Source: a virus
Virus record (IMG/VR): IMGVR_UViG_3300043446_004500
Coordinates: 1 to 64,000 of that record
Strand: one strand, 5' to 3'
DNA: 64,000 bases
The translations under genes and the position numbers were made by a program. Shown one piece after another: positions 39,826-47,964 of this stretch (within the stretch, counting starts at the first letter, position 1; each line of letters starts with the position of its first letter). The notes beneath the pieces were generated by a model. The model had not been told where the DNA came from. It made no database searches and was given only the letters and a program-made list of their open reading frames with translations.

Positions 39826-39865
39826 AACCACTCACCTTGCTTTTGGTGAGTGGTTTTGTTATAAT
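39826..39865 (+). promoter_or_regulatory. Terminator-like hairpin overlapping a sigma70 promoter for the gp41 C-half
   Basis: AACCACTCACC/GGTGAGTGGTT 11-bp stem; TTGCTT(39837)-17-TATAAT(39860) with extended -10 TG. Confidence 0.7.
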
Positions 39866-39884
39866 GTGAATAGGTAAAAACTCT

Positions 39885-39995
39885 ATGATGCTGAAAAAAA
39901 TTCTAAAAATTGAAGAACTTGATGAAAGAGAACTTATAGATATTGAAGTGTCTGGAAATCATTTGTTCTATGCGAATGCTATTCTCACACATAAT
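39885..39995 (+). mobile_element. Split intein C-fragment (37 aa), Gp41-1 type
   Basis: Ends in His-Asn followed by Ser+1. Confidence 0.93.
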
Positions 39996-40307
39996 AGTAG
40001 TTCTGATGTTGAACTTACTGATACTAGTGAGTCCTTTGGTCTCCCTGCTACTGCTGATCTTATGTTTGCCCTTATTAGTACAGAAGAGTTGGAAGGGATG
40101 GGACAAATACTTGTGAAGCAACTTAAAAATCGTTATAATGATCCAACAATTTTCAAGAGATTTGTTCTTGGAATTGACAGAGCAAAAATGCGTCTTTATG
40201 ATTGCGAACAATCTGCACAAGATAATATACTTGACTCTGGACAAGAAGGAGAGTATGATTATGAAGAAAGAAAACCTAAAAAATCATTTGAAGGATTTAA
40301 ATTCTAA
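39885..40307 (+). CDS. gp41: Split intein C-half fused to gp41 helicase C-terminal part
   Basis: MMLKKILKIEE...DIEVSGNHLFYAN.ILTHN|SSSDVELTDTSESFGLPATAD...KQLKNRY. Confidence 0.95.
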   Translation: MMLKKILKIEELDERELIDIEVSGNHLFYANAILTHNSSSDVELTDTSESFGLPATADLMFALISTEELEGMGQILVKQLKNRYNDPTIFKRFVLGIDRAKMRLYDCEQSAQDNILDSGQEGEYDYEERKPKKSFEGFKF

Positions 40308-40308
40308 T

Positions 40309-40722
40309 ATGACACAAGTTATTGATACAAACAAATATATTGAATTCGTTCGTCAAACTACAAGTCCTGCAAGTAGTGATCTAGCACAACTTCTTGCTCG
40401 TATTACTGAACTTGAAGCACGGGATGATGCTGATGTTCCTCGTCTTCTGACTGCTGCTCTTGGTATGAGTGCTGAGGCAGGTGAGTTTACTGAGGTTGTC
40501 AAAAAAATCATCCTTCAAGGCAAACCTTATAATGAAGAAAATTCTTTTCACCTGAAACGTGAACTTGGTGACATCTGTTGGTATCTTTCTCAGGCATTTA
40601 TGGCACTTGATACTAACTTTGAAGAGATTCTTCAGATGAACTATGAGAAACTGAGTGCTCGTTATCCAGAGGGAACGTTTGACGTATGGAGGAGTGAAAA
40701 TCGTGTGGAGGGAGACCTGTGA
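40309..40722 (+). CDS. mazG: MazG-like nucleoside triphosphate pyrophosphohydrolase
   Basis: LGMSAEAGEF.E.VKK, ELGDICWY, N..KL..RYP; probable start ATG 40309. Confidence 0.9.
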   Translation: MTQVIDTNKYIEFVRQTTSPASSDLAQLLARITELEARDDADVPRLLTAALGMSAEAGEFTEVVKKIILQGKPYNEENSFHLKRELGDICWYLSQAFMALDTNFEEILQMNYEKLSARYPEGTFDVWRSENRVEGDL

Positions 40723-40904
40723 GTAAAGAAAAACAAGTAACAATTAAAATGGATGCTCGTCAAGCAGCAGCAGTTCGTCAAATTCTTTTTGAGGCGCAAA
40801 AAGGATACACTTATGATGAAGTGAGTGTTCCTCCTCGTATTGCTGATGTTCGTTCTGTAATCCAAACTCTTGATGATAATATTGGTGCAGTTCTGGGTAT
40901 TTGA
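40719..40904 (+). CDS. Small hypothetical protein
   Basis: 61 aa, coupled to mazG. Confidence 0.55.
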   Translation: MSKEKQVTIKMDARQAAAVRQILFEAQKGYTYDEVSVPPRIADVRSVIQTLDDNIGAVLGI

Positions 40905-40924
40905 TAAATACTTAGAAAACGACA

Positions 40925-41437
40925 ATGTATTTTTCTGAGTGGAGAAAACTTCAAAGAGACTGTGGGATGTTTAACATTTCGCAGTCTTTTGTTGCAGAAG
41001 GAATATCTAAAGATGATTTTGAAAAGATAGTTCATACCTTCTTGCCTTTTGTAAAAAAAGAATTGGGTATAAAGGAACTTCCAAAAATTCATTTTGTTGA
41101 TGATCCAAAGTTTGCAAAAAGAATCGCAGCATTTGGTCAAATTAAAGATAATCGTATTGTAATTGATATTCAGGGTCGTCAAACTATGGATATCTTGAGA
41201 ACAGTTGCTCATGAATTGACACATTATCGTCAACATAAAAGAGGAACTATTGGTAGTGGTCATGCAGGAAGTTCCACTGAAAATGAGGCAAACAAACTTG
41301 CTGGAACTATAGTAAGAAAGTTTGGTGAGAAACATTCTGGTCTATTTCAATTACCGTCAGTAAATGAAGCAAAGAAAAGAAAAAGAAGAAATATGATTGA
41401 TATTGATTCTGAGCATTATCCAATAGAGTTGTCTTGA
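40925..41437 (+). CDS. Zincin-like metallopeptidase (HExxH), late-expressed
   Basis: RTVAHELTHYRQ ... ENEAN; late promoter at 40903. Confidence 0.7.
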   Translation: MYFSEWRKLQRDCGMFNISQSFVAEGISKDDFEKIVHTFLPFVKKELGIKELPKIHFVDDPKFAKRIAAFGQIKDNRIVIDIQGRQTMDILRTVAHELTHYRQHKRGTIGSGHAGSSTENEANKLAGTIVRKFGEKHSGLFQLPSVNEAKKRKRRNMIDIDSEHYPIELS

Positions 41438-41468
41438 ATTATAAATAACTAGAAAGTAATTCGTAACA

Positions 41469-42635
41469 ATGGCGATGGATTCAAAGGAAATTAGAGGTTT
41501 GTGCGAAGCATATTCTGCCGTTTATAATGAAGATCTTAGAGATGAATTAGAAACTTTTTCAATCGAGGAAGATCTCTCAATCATTGATGATCTAAGTGAT
41601 AATGAGTTGGATTTAGTAATGGAAAATATTTTTCTCTCAGGAGAATTTGATATTGATGAGTGCTTTGAATCTTTAGATCTTGTTCTCAGTGAAGCAACAG
41701 TAACAAGTTCTGAGGATAGACCTTCTGGTTCTGCAAGAGTTACTTCAAGTGCAGAAAGACCAAGTAGAGCAAAGAGAACTTCAGAAAGACAAAAACAAGT
41801 TAGAGTTGGTAGAATTGCTCAAGCAGCTCAACGTGCTGGAGAAAGGGTAAAGTCGGGTGTTGTAGGTAAAGCAAAGGCAGCAGGTGCAAAGGTTGCTTCT
41901 GCTACTCAAAAGGTAAAGGGATTTTTGGGTAAGGTTGGTCGTGCTGCTGCGGCAGGAGCATCTGCTGCTAGAAAAGAATTCGGTGGTGAGGCAGGAAGAG
42001 AAGCAAAGGCAAGAAAAACTGGTCGTCAAATGAGACGAGCAGCAAGAAAACAAGCATCTGCTGCTAGAGCAAAAGATACTAGTGCTTTCCAAAAACCAAA
42101 AGCACCTGTTGGAACTTCAGCAAATCCCAGAATTGGTCAACCTGGAAAAGAAAGACCAGCACTTCCTGCAGCAAAGACTAAAACAGTTTCTGTAGATAGA
42201 AGAAAAGCAGCAGCTGCTAAACTTGCTTCTGCAGCTGCTGGATCTGGACCATCCGGATCAGTTCAGCAAGGACAACCTGCTGGAACTTTTAAAACCAAAA
42301 AGTCTAGAATGCAAGCACAAAAAAGAGAGGCAAGACTTACTGCAGCAGAGAGTTTTGAACTTCTGGATATTTTAGTTCAAGATATGATTAATGATGGATA
42401 TGTAAACAGTGTTCATGAAGCATACGATTTAATTGAGAATTTGGATGATACTCAAACTATCAATTTAGTTGAATCATATCTAATTGAAGAGGTAGAAACT
42501 CTAGATCTTTATGATGTAGTTCTTGAGCATCTGATTGAGAATGGATATGCTGAAACTGAAGAGGCAGCAGAAGTCATCATGGTAAACATGAGTGAAGAGT
42601 GGAGAGAAGAAATTCTACGTAAAAATAATGGATGA
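41469..42635 (+). CDS. EAY/GYA-family protein, copy 3
   Basis: Late promoter at 41440; KEIRGLCEAY; EHLIENGYAETEEAAEVIMVNMSEEW; K/R/A-rich middle. Confidence 0.65.
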   Translation: MAMDSKEIRGLCEAYSAVYNEDLRDELETFSIEEDLSIIDDLSDNELDLVMENIFLSGEFDIDECFESLDLVLSEATVTSSEDRPSGSARVTSSAERPSRAKRTSERQKQVRVGRIAQAAQRAGERVKSGVVGKAKAAGAKVASATQKVKGFLGKVGRAAAAGASAARKEFGGEAGREAKARKTGRQMRRAARKQASAARAKDTSAFQKPKAPVGTSANPRIGQPGKERPALPAAKTKTVSVDRRKAAAAKLASAAAGSGPSGSVQQGQPAGTFKTKKSRMQAQKREARLTAAESFELLDILVQDMINDGYVNSVHEAYDLIENLDDTQTINLVESYLIEEVETLDLYDVVLEHLIENGYAETEEAAEVIMVNMSEEWREEILRKNNG

Positions 42636-42664
42636 GAAATGAGTAAAAAGTAAATAAAAAAATT

Positions 42665-42687
42665 AACCACCTTCGGGTGGTTTTTTT
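42665..42687 (+). terminator. Terminator (UUCG loop)
   Basis: AACCACC-TTCG-GGTGGTT + T run. Confidence 0.85.
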
Positions 42688-42741
42688 GTTCCTATAAATA
42701 TAGAAAACGTTGAAAATAAATAAAGTATAATAGAAAATAAT

Positions 42742-44034
42742 ATGAAGAGTTTTTTCTACTTTCTATCAGAAGCAAAGCAGTCACGGGCTTCAATGCAGGC
42801 AAAGAAGCTTGGTCTGCGAGGAGACGGTCATGGTGGATGGGTTGACCGTAGTGGAAAAACTGTAGCAAGAACAGAAGATGGTAAACTGCAGTTTATTGAT
42901 GGTAGAGAAGCAGCAGCACAAGAAACTCAAGCAAAGCAACCAACTGCTGCAACACCTATCCCAACACAAGCACCTAAACAGCAAGCACCGGTTACTCCTA
43001 CTCCGCAAGTACAGAAAGCACCTTCAGATGAAGAGAAACCAGAAGAGGGTGGAACAGTTACTATAGTTTTTGGACGTTTCAATCCACCTACAGTTGGACA
43101 TGAAAAACTTTTAAAATCTGCAAAGAGAATTTCTGCAGGAAGTGATATTAAGATATATCCATCAAGAACACAGGATTCTAAAAAGAATCCTCTGGAAGCA
43201 TCAACAAAAATATCTTATATGAGAAAGATGTTCCCAGAATTTAAAGATAATATTATTAACGATCCTGATATGAAAACAATTTTTAATGTGTTAACCACTG
43301 CATATGAAGATGGATATTCAAATGTTAACATTGTAGTAGGTTCTGATCGTCAAGCAGAGTTTGAAAATCTTGCTCAGAAGTATAATGGAGATCTTTACAC
43401 TTTTGATTTGATTCGTGTTGTATCTGCTGGTGTTCGTGATGCAGATGCTGAAGGTGTGGAAGGAATGTCGGCATCTAAAATGAGAAAAGCAGTTATGGAC
43501 AATGACTTTGAATCTTTCCGTAGAGGAACTCCTAAGACATTAGATGATGGAGATGCACAGACTTTATTTGATGCTGTTCGTCAGGGAATGAAAGTTAAGA
43601 AAACTAAAGTTAAAAAGGAAAGTTATAATGTTTGGGAAATTGCTCCAAAGTGTGACATGAAAAATCTTCGTGAAAATTATGTAAGGGGTAAAATTTTTAG
43701 AATTGGAGATAAGGTTGAAAACTTAAATACTGGTTTGATTGGTGAGGTAATGCGTAGAGGAACTAATCATTTAATCTGTGTAACTGAAGAAGGTTATATG
43801 TTTAAATCTTGGATTAAAGATTTGATGGAATATACTGAAGTAAAAGTGGATAGTCCAATGAGAGATAAAACTCATCCTACTACTTTAGTCGGTACAAAAG
43901 GAACATTTATAAATTATGCGTCAAAAACTCCAGGTGCAATTGGTACTGGAAAACAAAATTTGCAAATGGGAGGAAAGGCTTATGGTATCAATTTCATAAA
44001 TAAGTATAAGGCAAAGAAAGTAAGTACTTATTAA
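42742..44034 (+). CDS. HIGH-superfamily nucleotidyltransferase (cyanophage cytidylyltransferase-like) with capsid-targeting-like N-terminus
   Basis: FGRFNPPTVGHEKL, VGSDR, MSASKMR; start MKSFFYFLSE; late promoter at 42693. Confidence 0.8.
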   Translation: MKSFFYFLSEAKQSRASMQAKKLGLRGDGHGGWVDRSGKTVARTEDGKLQFIDGREAAAQETQAKQPTAATPIPTQAPKQQAPVTPTPQVQKAPSDEEKPEEGGTVTIVFGRFNPPTVGHEKLLKSAKRISAGSDIKIYPSRTQDSKKNPLEASTKISYMRKMFPEFKDNIINDPDMKTIFNVLTTAYEDGYSNVNIVVGSDRQAEFENLAQKYNGDLYTFDLIRVVSAGVRDADAEGVEGMSASKMRKAVMDNDFESFRRGTPKTLDDGDAQTLFDAVRQGMKVKKTKVKKESYNVWEIAPKCDMKNLRENYVRGKIFRIGDKVENLNTGLIGEVMRRGTNHLICVTEEGYMFKSWIKDLMEYTEVKVDSPMRDKTHPTTLVGTKGTFINYASKTPGAIGTGKQNLQMGGKAYGINFINKYKAKKVSTY

Positions 44035-44035
44035 G

Positions 44036-45451
44036 ATGTCTATTAATCCTCTGAACGATATTTCTAAAGTTTATTTGGAGCAGGTTGCTGAATCGGCAGT
44101 TCCTGGTAAACCTGCAGAAAAACTTGGTGCTGTGACTGCTATTCCGCAAGAGGAACGTGATGCTGCAAGAAAAAGAGCACTTGCAAAAGCAGCTGCTATA
44201 AGAGCAAAGAAAGGTATTAAAGAAGCAACAAAAGCAAAACCAGATTATTTGGATTTTGATGGAGATGGTAATACGAAAGAGTCAATGAAAAAAGCTTTAA
44301 GAGATAAAGCAAAACAAAAAGTACAAGAAGCAAAAAAACCAAATGATGGTAATTTAGCAAACAACTATCCTCCATATGACAAAGTTACTAGAGGAGATAT
44401 AATTGCTGGCGCTCTAGGTCAAGATCAAATGGGAGGTAAAAAAAAGAAAAAATCAGTAAAAGAAGGATATTCAAATTGGAGAGAGGAACTTTCCGAAGTA
44501 ATAGAAGTAGTTGGAAAGGATAAGAATGATGAAAAAATAATAGAGAAAAAAGTCAGTAATAAAATTAAAATTAATCCAAGCATACGTGAAGCAGTAGAAA
44601 ATCTTGGTGGAATTCTTCTAGAAATGGAAGAACTTGATGAGAAAGCTTATAGAAATCTAGGTGTCGGTAGGGTTGAAAGAGTAAGTAGTGGTTCTTATGT
44701 TGCGCCAGAAACAACAGGTGCTGCTGCTAAGAAAAAATCTGCAGCTGCTGCGTCAAAATCAAAACCAGAAAAACCAGTTACTGCAATTACAACTGTTGAG
44801 AAACCTAAACCAAAAGCAAAACCAGAAAAACCAGTTGCGGTAAATGTTGAGAAACCTCAACCAAAAGAAGAAGGAAGAAGAGCAAGAAGAAGAAGGAAGA
44901 GTAGTCCTTCCTATCCCGAAATCAAAGCAGGTATTGAAGCAAGAGAGGCAAAGAAAAAAAGAAGAGGAAAGAAAAAAAGAACTGATAAGTTAGATGATTT
45001 ACTTGCTTCAATAAGAAGTGAAAAAAATGAAAGTTTTCAACTTTCAGAAAAGGCAGAGAGTGAACAGCAACAAAAACTTTTTGGACTTGCTCTTTCAGTA
45101 AAAAGAGGACAAACATCAAGATCTGAAGTAAGTGATGCTGTTCTTAAAATTGCTGATGGTATGAGTGAGAAAAAGATTCGTGATTTTGCTAAAACTAAGC
45201 ACGAAGGACTTCCTAAAAAAGTTGAAACAAAGGAAGAAGCAATTCAATATGCTTTGATTGATAGAATGACAAAAAAGATTGCAGAGCAAGCAGTAGAAAC
45301 ACCAAAAAAAACTCCACAACAGAAAAACATTAGTCAACTTAATCAAGTTTTGACTGCAAAGAAAACTGTTAATGATGCTCAAAAGAAACTTGATCAAGCT
45401 TTAAAAACTGCTGCTCAAAGAAACCTTGATTTACAATCTATCTCTTCATAA
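44036..45451 (+). CDS. Multi-module basic hypothetical protein (includes DxDGDG and DUF3008-like modules)
   Basis: PDYLDFDGDGNTKESMKKA; AESEQQQKLFGLALSVKRG...DFAKTKHEGLP; late promoter at 43995. Confidence 0.6.
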   Translation: MSINPLNDISKVYLEQVAESAVPGKPAEKLGAVTAIPQEERDAARKRALAKAAAIRAKKGIKEATKAKPDYLDFDGDGNTKESMKKALRDKAKQKVQEAKKPNDGNLANNYPPYDKVTRGDIIAGALGQDQMGGKKKKKSVKEGYSNWREELSEVIEVVGKDKNDEKIIEKKVSNKIKINPSIREAVENLGGILLEMEELDEKAYRNLGVGRVERVSSGSYVAPETTGAAAKKKSAAAASKSKPEKPVTAITTVEKPKPKAKPEKPVAVNVEKPQPKEEGRRARRRRKSSPSYPEIKAGIEAREAKKKRRGKKKRTDKLDDLLASIRSEKNESFQLSEKAESEQQQKLFGLALSVKRGQTSRSEVSDAVLKIADGMSEKKIRDFAKTKHEGLPKKVETKEEAIQYALIDRMTKKIAEQAVETPKKTPQQKNISQLNQVLTAKKTVNDAQKKLDQALKTAAQRNLDLQSISS

Positions 45452-45501
45452 GAGTTAAATCCTAAATAGGAGAGGATACTCTCTATAAGGAGGACAACAT
45501 C

Positions 45502-45672
45502 ATGGGTGCATTAGTAAATGCTTTAAAACCACTTCTTATTGCTGCCATGAATTCTTGCCAAACCAAGAAACTTGTATGTGAACTTCTTGATCGTTATGTA
45601 AATACAACTGACAATGACATTGATAATGTAATTGCAGCAACAGTAAGAACAGCACTTCTCAAAGATTGCTGA
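45502..45672 (+). CDS. Small protein (56 aa) with TDNDIDN motif; not in ORF track
   Basis: Strong RBS AAGGAGG; MGALVNALKPLL...TTDNDIDNVIA. Confidence 0.6.
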   Translation: MGALVNALKPLLIAAMNSCQTKKLVCELLDRYVNTTDNDIDNVIAATVRTALLKDC

Positions 45673-45833
45673 TGCTTACTTGTTTATTGACAAATTGGGG
45701 AGCTACTGTTATTCTTGCTTTACTTTTATCTTTTTCGGAATTTCTTGCGAAAACAGAACGATTTAAAGAGAATGGAATAATAGATTTTATATCTTATTAT
45801 TTGAGATTAGTGTTAAAGAGGGATCAAAACTAA
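45672..45833 (+). CDS. Small membrane protein, holin-like (53 aa); not in ORF track
   Basis: Hydrophobic N-terminus then SEFL...KENGIIDF; coupled to the previous ORF (TGATG). Confidence 0.45.
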   Translation: MLTCLLTNWGATVILALLLSFSEFLAKTERFKENGIIDFISYYLRLVLKRDQN

Positions 45834-45888
45834 GGTCTCTCTTTTTTATAAATATTTCATAGCAAATAATTTTTACGGAAGAAAAAAC

Positions 45889-46662
45889 ATGGCACTCTGG
45901 GGAAATAATGATGCAAAAGGTTCTGGTGGAACAGTATCTCTAAACTATGCCACCCTAACTGTTACTGGTAGTGGAACAACTTTCGGACAAGTTGGTGCAG
46001 CTGCAACTGGTGATGTAATTCGTTTTGGGTTAAGAACAGGAACTTATTATGGTGATGCCGTAATTGTTGGAATTGCAAGTACAACTCAACTTTCAATTGC
46101 TTCCACTTCTAATCTAAGTGGTGCTTCTATTTCTGGGGTACAATTTGACATTAGTCAACTTCCCAAGTACACAGTTCTTGATAGTACTTTCAGTGCAGCA
46201 AACATTGCAAGTCCCTCTTTTGTTTCTATTTCATATGTTGGTACTGCAACAACAAATGCTGGAATTGGAACAAATATTGTTCCTGTAGTTGTTAAGAGTG
46301 GTGCAACTACTGTAGTTGTTGGAGATGCTCTTGTAAATAATGGCAACAATATACAAATTACAGCAATTGGTGCAGCAAATATTTCTTTAGCATCGACAAT
46401 TAGTGCTGGAATTGCTACTGGTGCTACTCTCACATTTAAGAGACTTGCTGATGGTTATTCCAAGTCTGTTTATGGTGTAGCAGATGCTGGAATTGCTGCA
46501 GCACAAGGAACTGCATATGAACTAACTCATGAAGGATGGGTTGGACTTACAACTTATAGAGGTTCTGAAGGAGAATTGAGAGTTAAGAAAGAAGTTCTTG
46601 TTGCAATGTCTGGAATTACCACTGGAAACACTCCATTGTATGATGCAAATCCACTAGTATGA
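45889..46662 (+). CDS. Putative virion structural protein
   Basis: MALWG start, HEGWVG..TY...RVK.EVLVAMS end; late promoter at 45847. Confidence 0.6.
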   Translation: MALWGNNDAKGSGGTVSLNYATLTVTGSGTTFGQVGAAATGDVIRFGLRTGTYYGDAVIVGIASTTQLSIASTSNLSGASISGVQFDISQLPKYTVLDSTFSAANIASPSFVSISYVGTATTNAGIGTNIVPVVVKSGATTVVVGDALVNNGNNIQITAIGAANISLASTISAGIATGATLTFKRLADGYSKSVYGVADAGIAAAQGTAYELTHEGWVGLTTYRGSEGELRVKKEVLVAMSGITTGNTPLYDANPLV

Positions 46663-46668
46663 TAACTT

Positions 46669-47061
46669 ATGATTTTTAATGAACTGAATGAGGATAATTT
46701 CCTCTTATTTGCTATTAAAAATTATGAGAATCCTCAGGCAGTCACTAAGGAAGATTTTGATAAGGATTTAAATCATTTCAAGTATATTAAAAGATTGTTG
46801 AAAAGATATAAAAAATCAGGTGAACTAAAAACTCACCTGATTTTAAATCACTTTATAATTCTTTATAATATATTTGGTGAAGCAGCAACTCCTATGTTAT
46901 TTTTTAAGATTGAAAAGGAGTTATGGTCTTCTTTAAAATCTTTTGTATTATTTTTGGGAAAACTTCCCGAATATCCAAAATCAGGTATTCATGATATTCA
47001 AGTTGACTTATATTGTTTGTCGCAACTTTACAAAATCTACAATGGAAAAGAAGAAGATTGA
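46669..47061 (+). CDS. Conserved T4-like hypothetical protein
   Basis: F.EL...NF.LFA.K.Y.NP, FKYIKRL, LILNH.I.LYN.FG. Confidence 0.7.
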   Translation: MIFNELNEDNFLLFAIKNYENPQAVTKEDFDKDLNHFKYIKRLLKRYKKSGELKTHLILNHFIILYNIFGEAATPMLFFKIEKELWSSLKSFVLFLGKLPEYPKSGIHDIQVDLYCLSQLYKIYNGKEED

Positions 47062-47281
47062 TAGAATTATTGAAGCATTTCGGAATTATATAAATCTGAA
47101 AGAAGAAGGAATGGTTGTAGGTCCAACTAATAATGTTGGTGGTGGAAAAATATCAGGAACTCCTCAAGCAGATCCTGGAAACCCTCCAGTGTTCAGAAAA
47201 AGAAAAAAAGATGAGAAGAAACCGCAGAAATATATTTATCAAAAAGGATTGAGAAAGTGGTGGCGTCAGAATATTGGATAA
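47042..47281 (+). CDS. Small hypothetical protein (LKEE|GM..PTNNVGGG)
   Basis: Probable start ATG 47042; basic C-terminus. Confidence 0.5.
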   Translation: MEKKKIDRIIEAFRNYINLKEEGMVVGPTNNVGGGKISGTPQADPGNPPVFRKRKKDEKKPQKYIYQKGLRKWWRQNIG

Positions 47282-47351
47282 AATAAATAATAACAAAACT
47301 ACTTGAGTTGCTTGTTTTAGTAGTATACGAAAATAATAACTCAAAAAAAAA

Positions 47352-47789
47352 ATGTTTAATCCTAATCAATCTGCAGATACTAAAATTGCTGTATTAGAAG
47401 AACGTCTTTCATCTTATGAAATTATGATGAAAAAAATTGATGAAGCAATTCAGATTATGGGAAAGACAAGTCAAAATATCAGTAAAATGCTTGCAGTTCA
47501 TGATGAAAGAATTGAGCAGTGTCACAAAGCAGATGATTATATTGGGAGAGTTATAGAAGAATTGCGATTGGAAAATAAAGATCAACATGAAGCAGTATCA
47601 GAAAGAATTGATAAGATAGAAGTAGAAGTAAAAGAAATAGGTAAAATTAAATGGATGACTGTCGGATGTGGAATTCTTCTCGCAGTTTTAACAACAGCAT
47701 TTTCAACACTTGCTTCTGGATGGTGGACACCATCAGAAATGCAAATGCAACATCAGGGACATATTCATCAACAAAATGTTACTGATTAA
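47352..47789 (+). CDS. Coiled-coil protein with C-terminal transmembrane segment
   Basis: MLAVHDERIE coiled coil, hydrophobic stretch; late promoter at 47282. Confidence 0.6.
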   Translation: MFNPNQSADTKIAVLEERLSSYEIMMKKIDEAIQIMGKTSQNISKMLAVHDERIEQCHKADDYIGRVIEELRLENKDQHEAVSERIDKIEVEVKEIGKIKWMTVGCGILLAVLTTAFSTLASGWWTPSEMQMQHQGHIHQQNVTD

Positions 47790-47964
47790 TAAATAATCAA
47801 GTGTTGGCATAAGATGCCAATGAAAACTAAAAAGAAAATAACAAACTACACTCTACAAAAGACAACAAATTCAGTCATTAAGTGGACGGCAATAATCACC
47901 TCTCTGTGTCTTGACAAAGTAAGATAAACAAGTAGAATAGTAGGACTGTTCTCTCAACCTGATT

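Noticed and set aside
38620-39885. Group I intron, frameshift or pseudogene explanation for the broken gp41
   Set aside because: Both fragments carry complete intein halves (Cys1; His-Asn/Ser+1), and the C-half has its own start and promoter. No intron core was seen.
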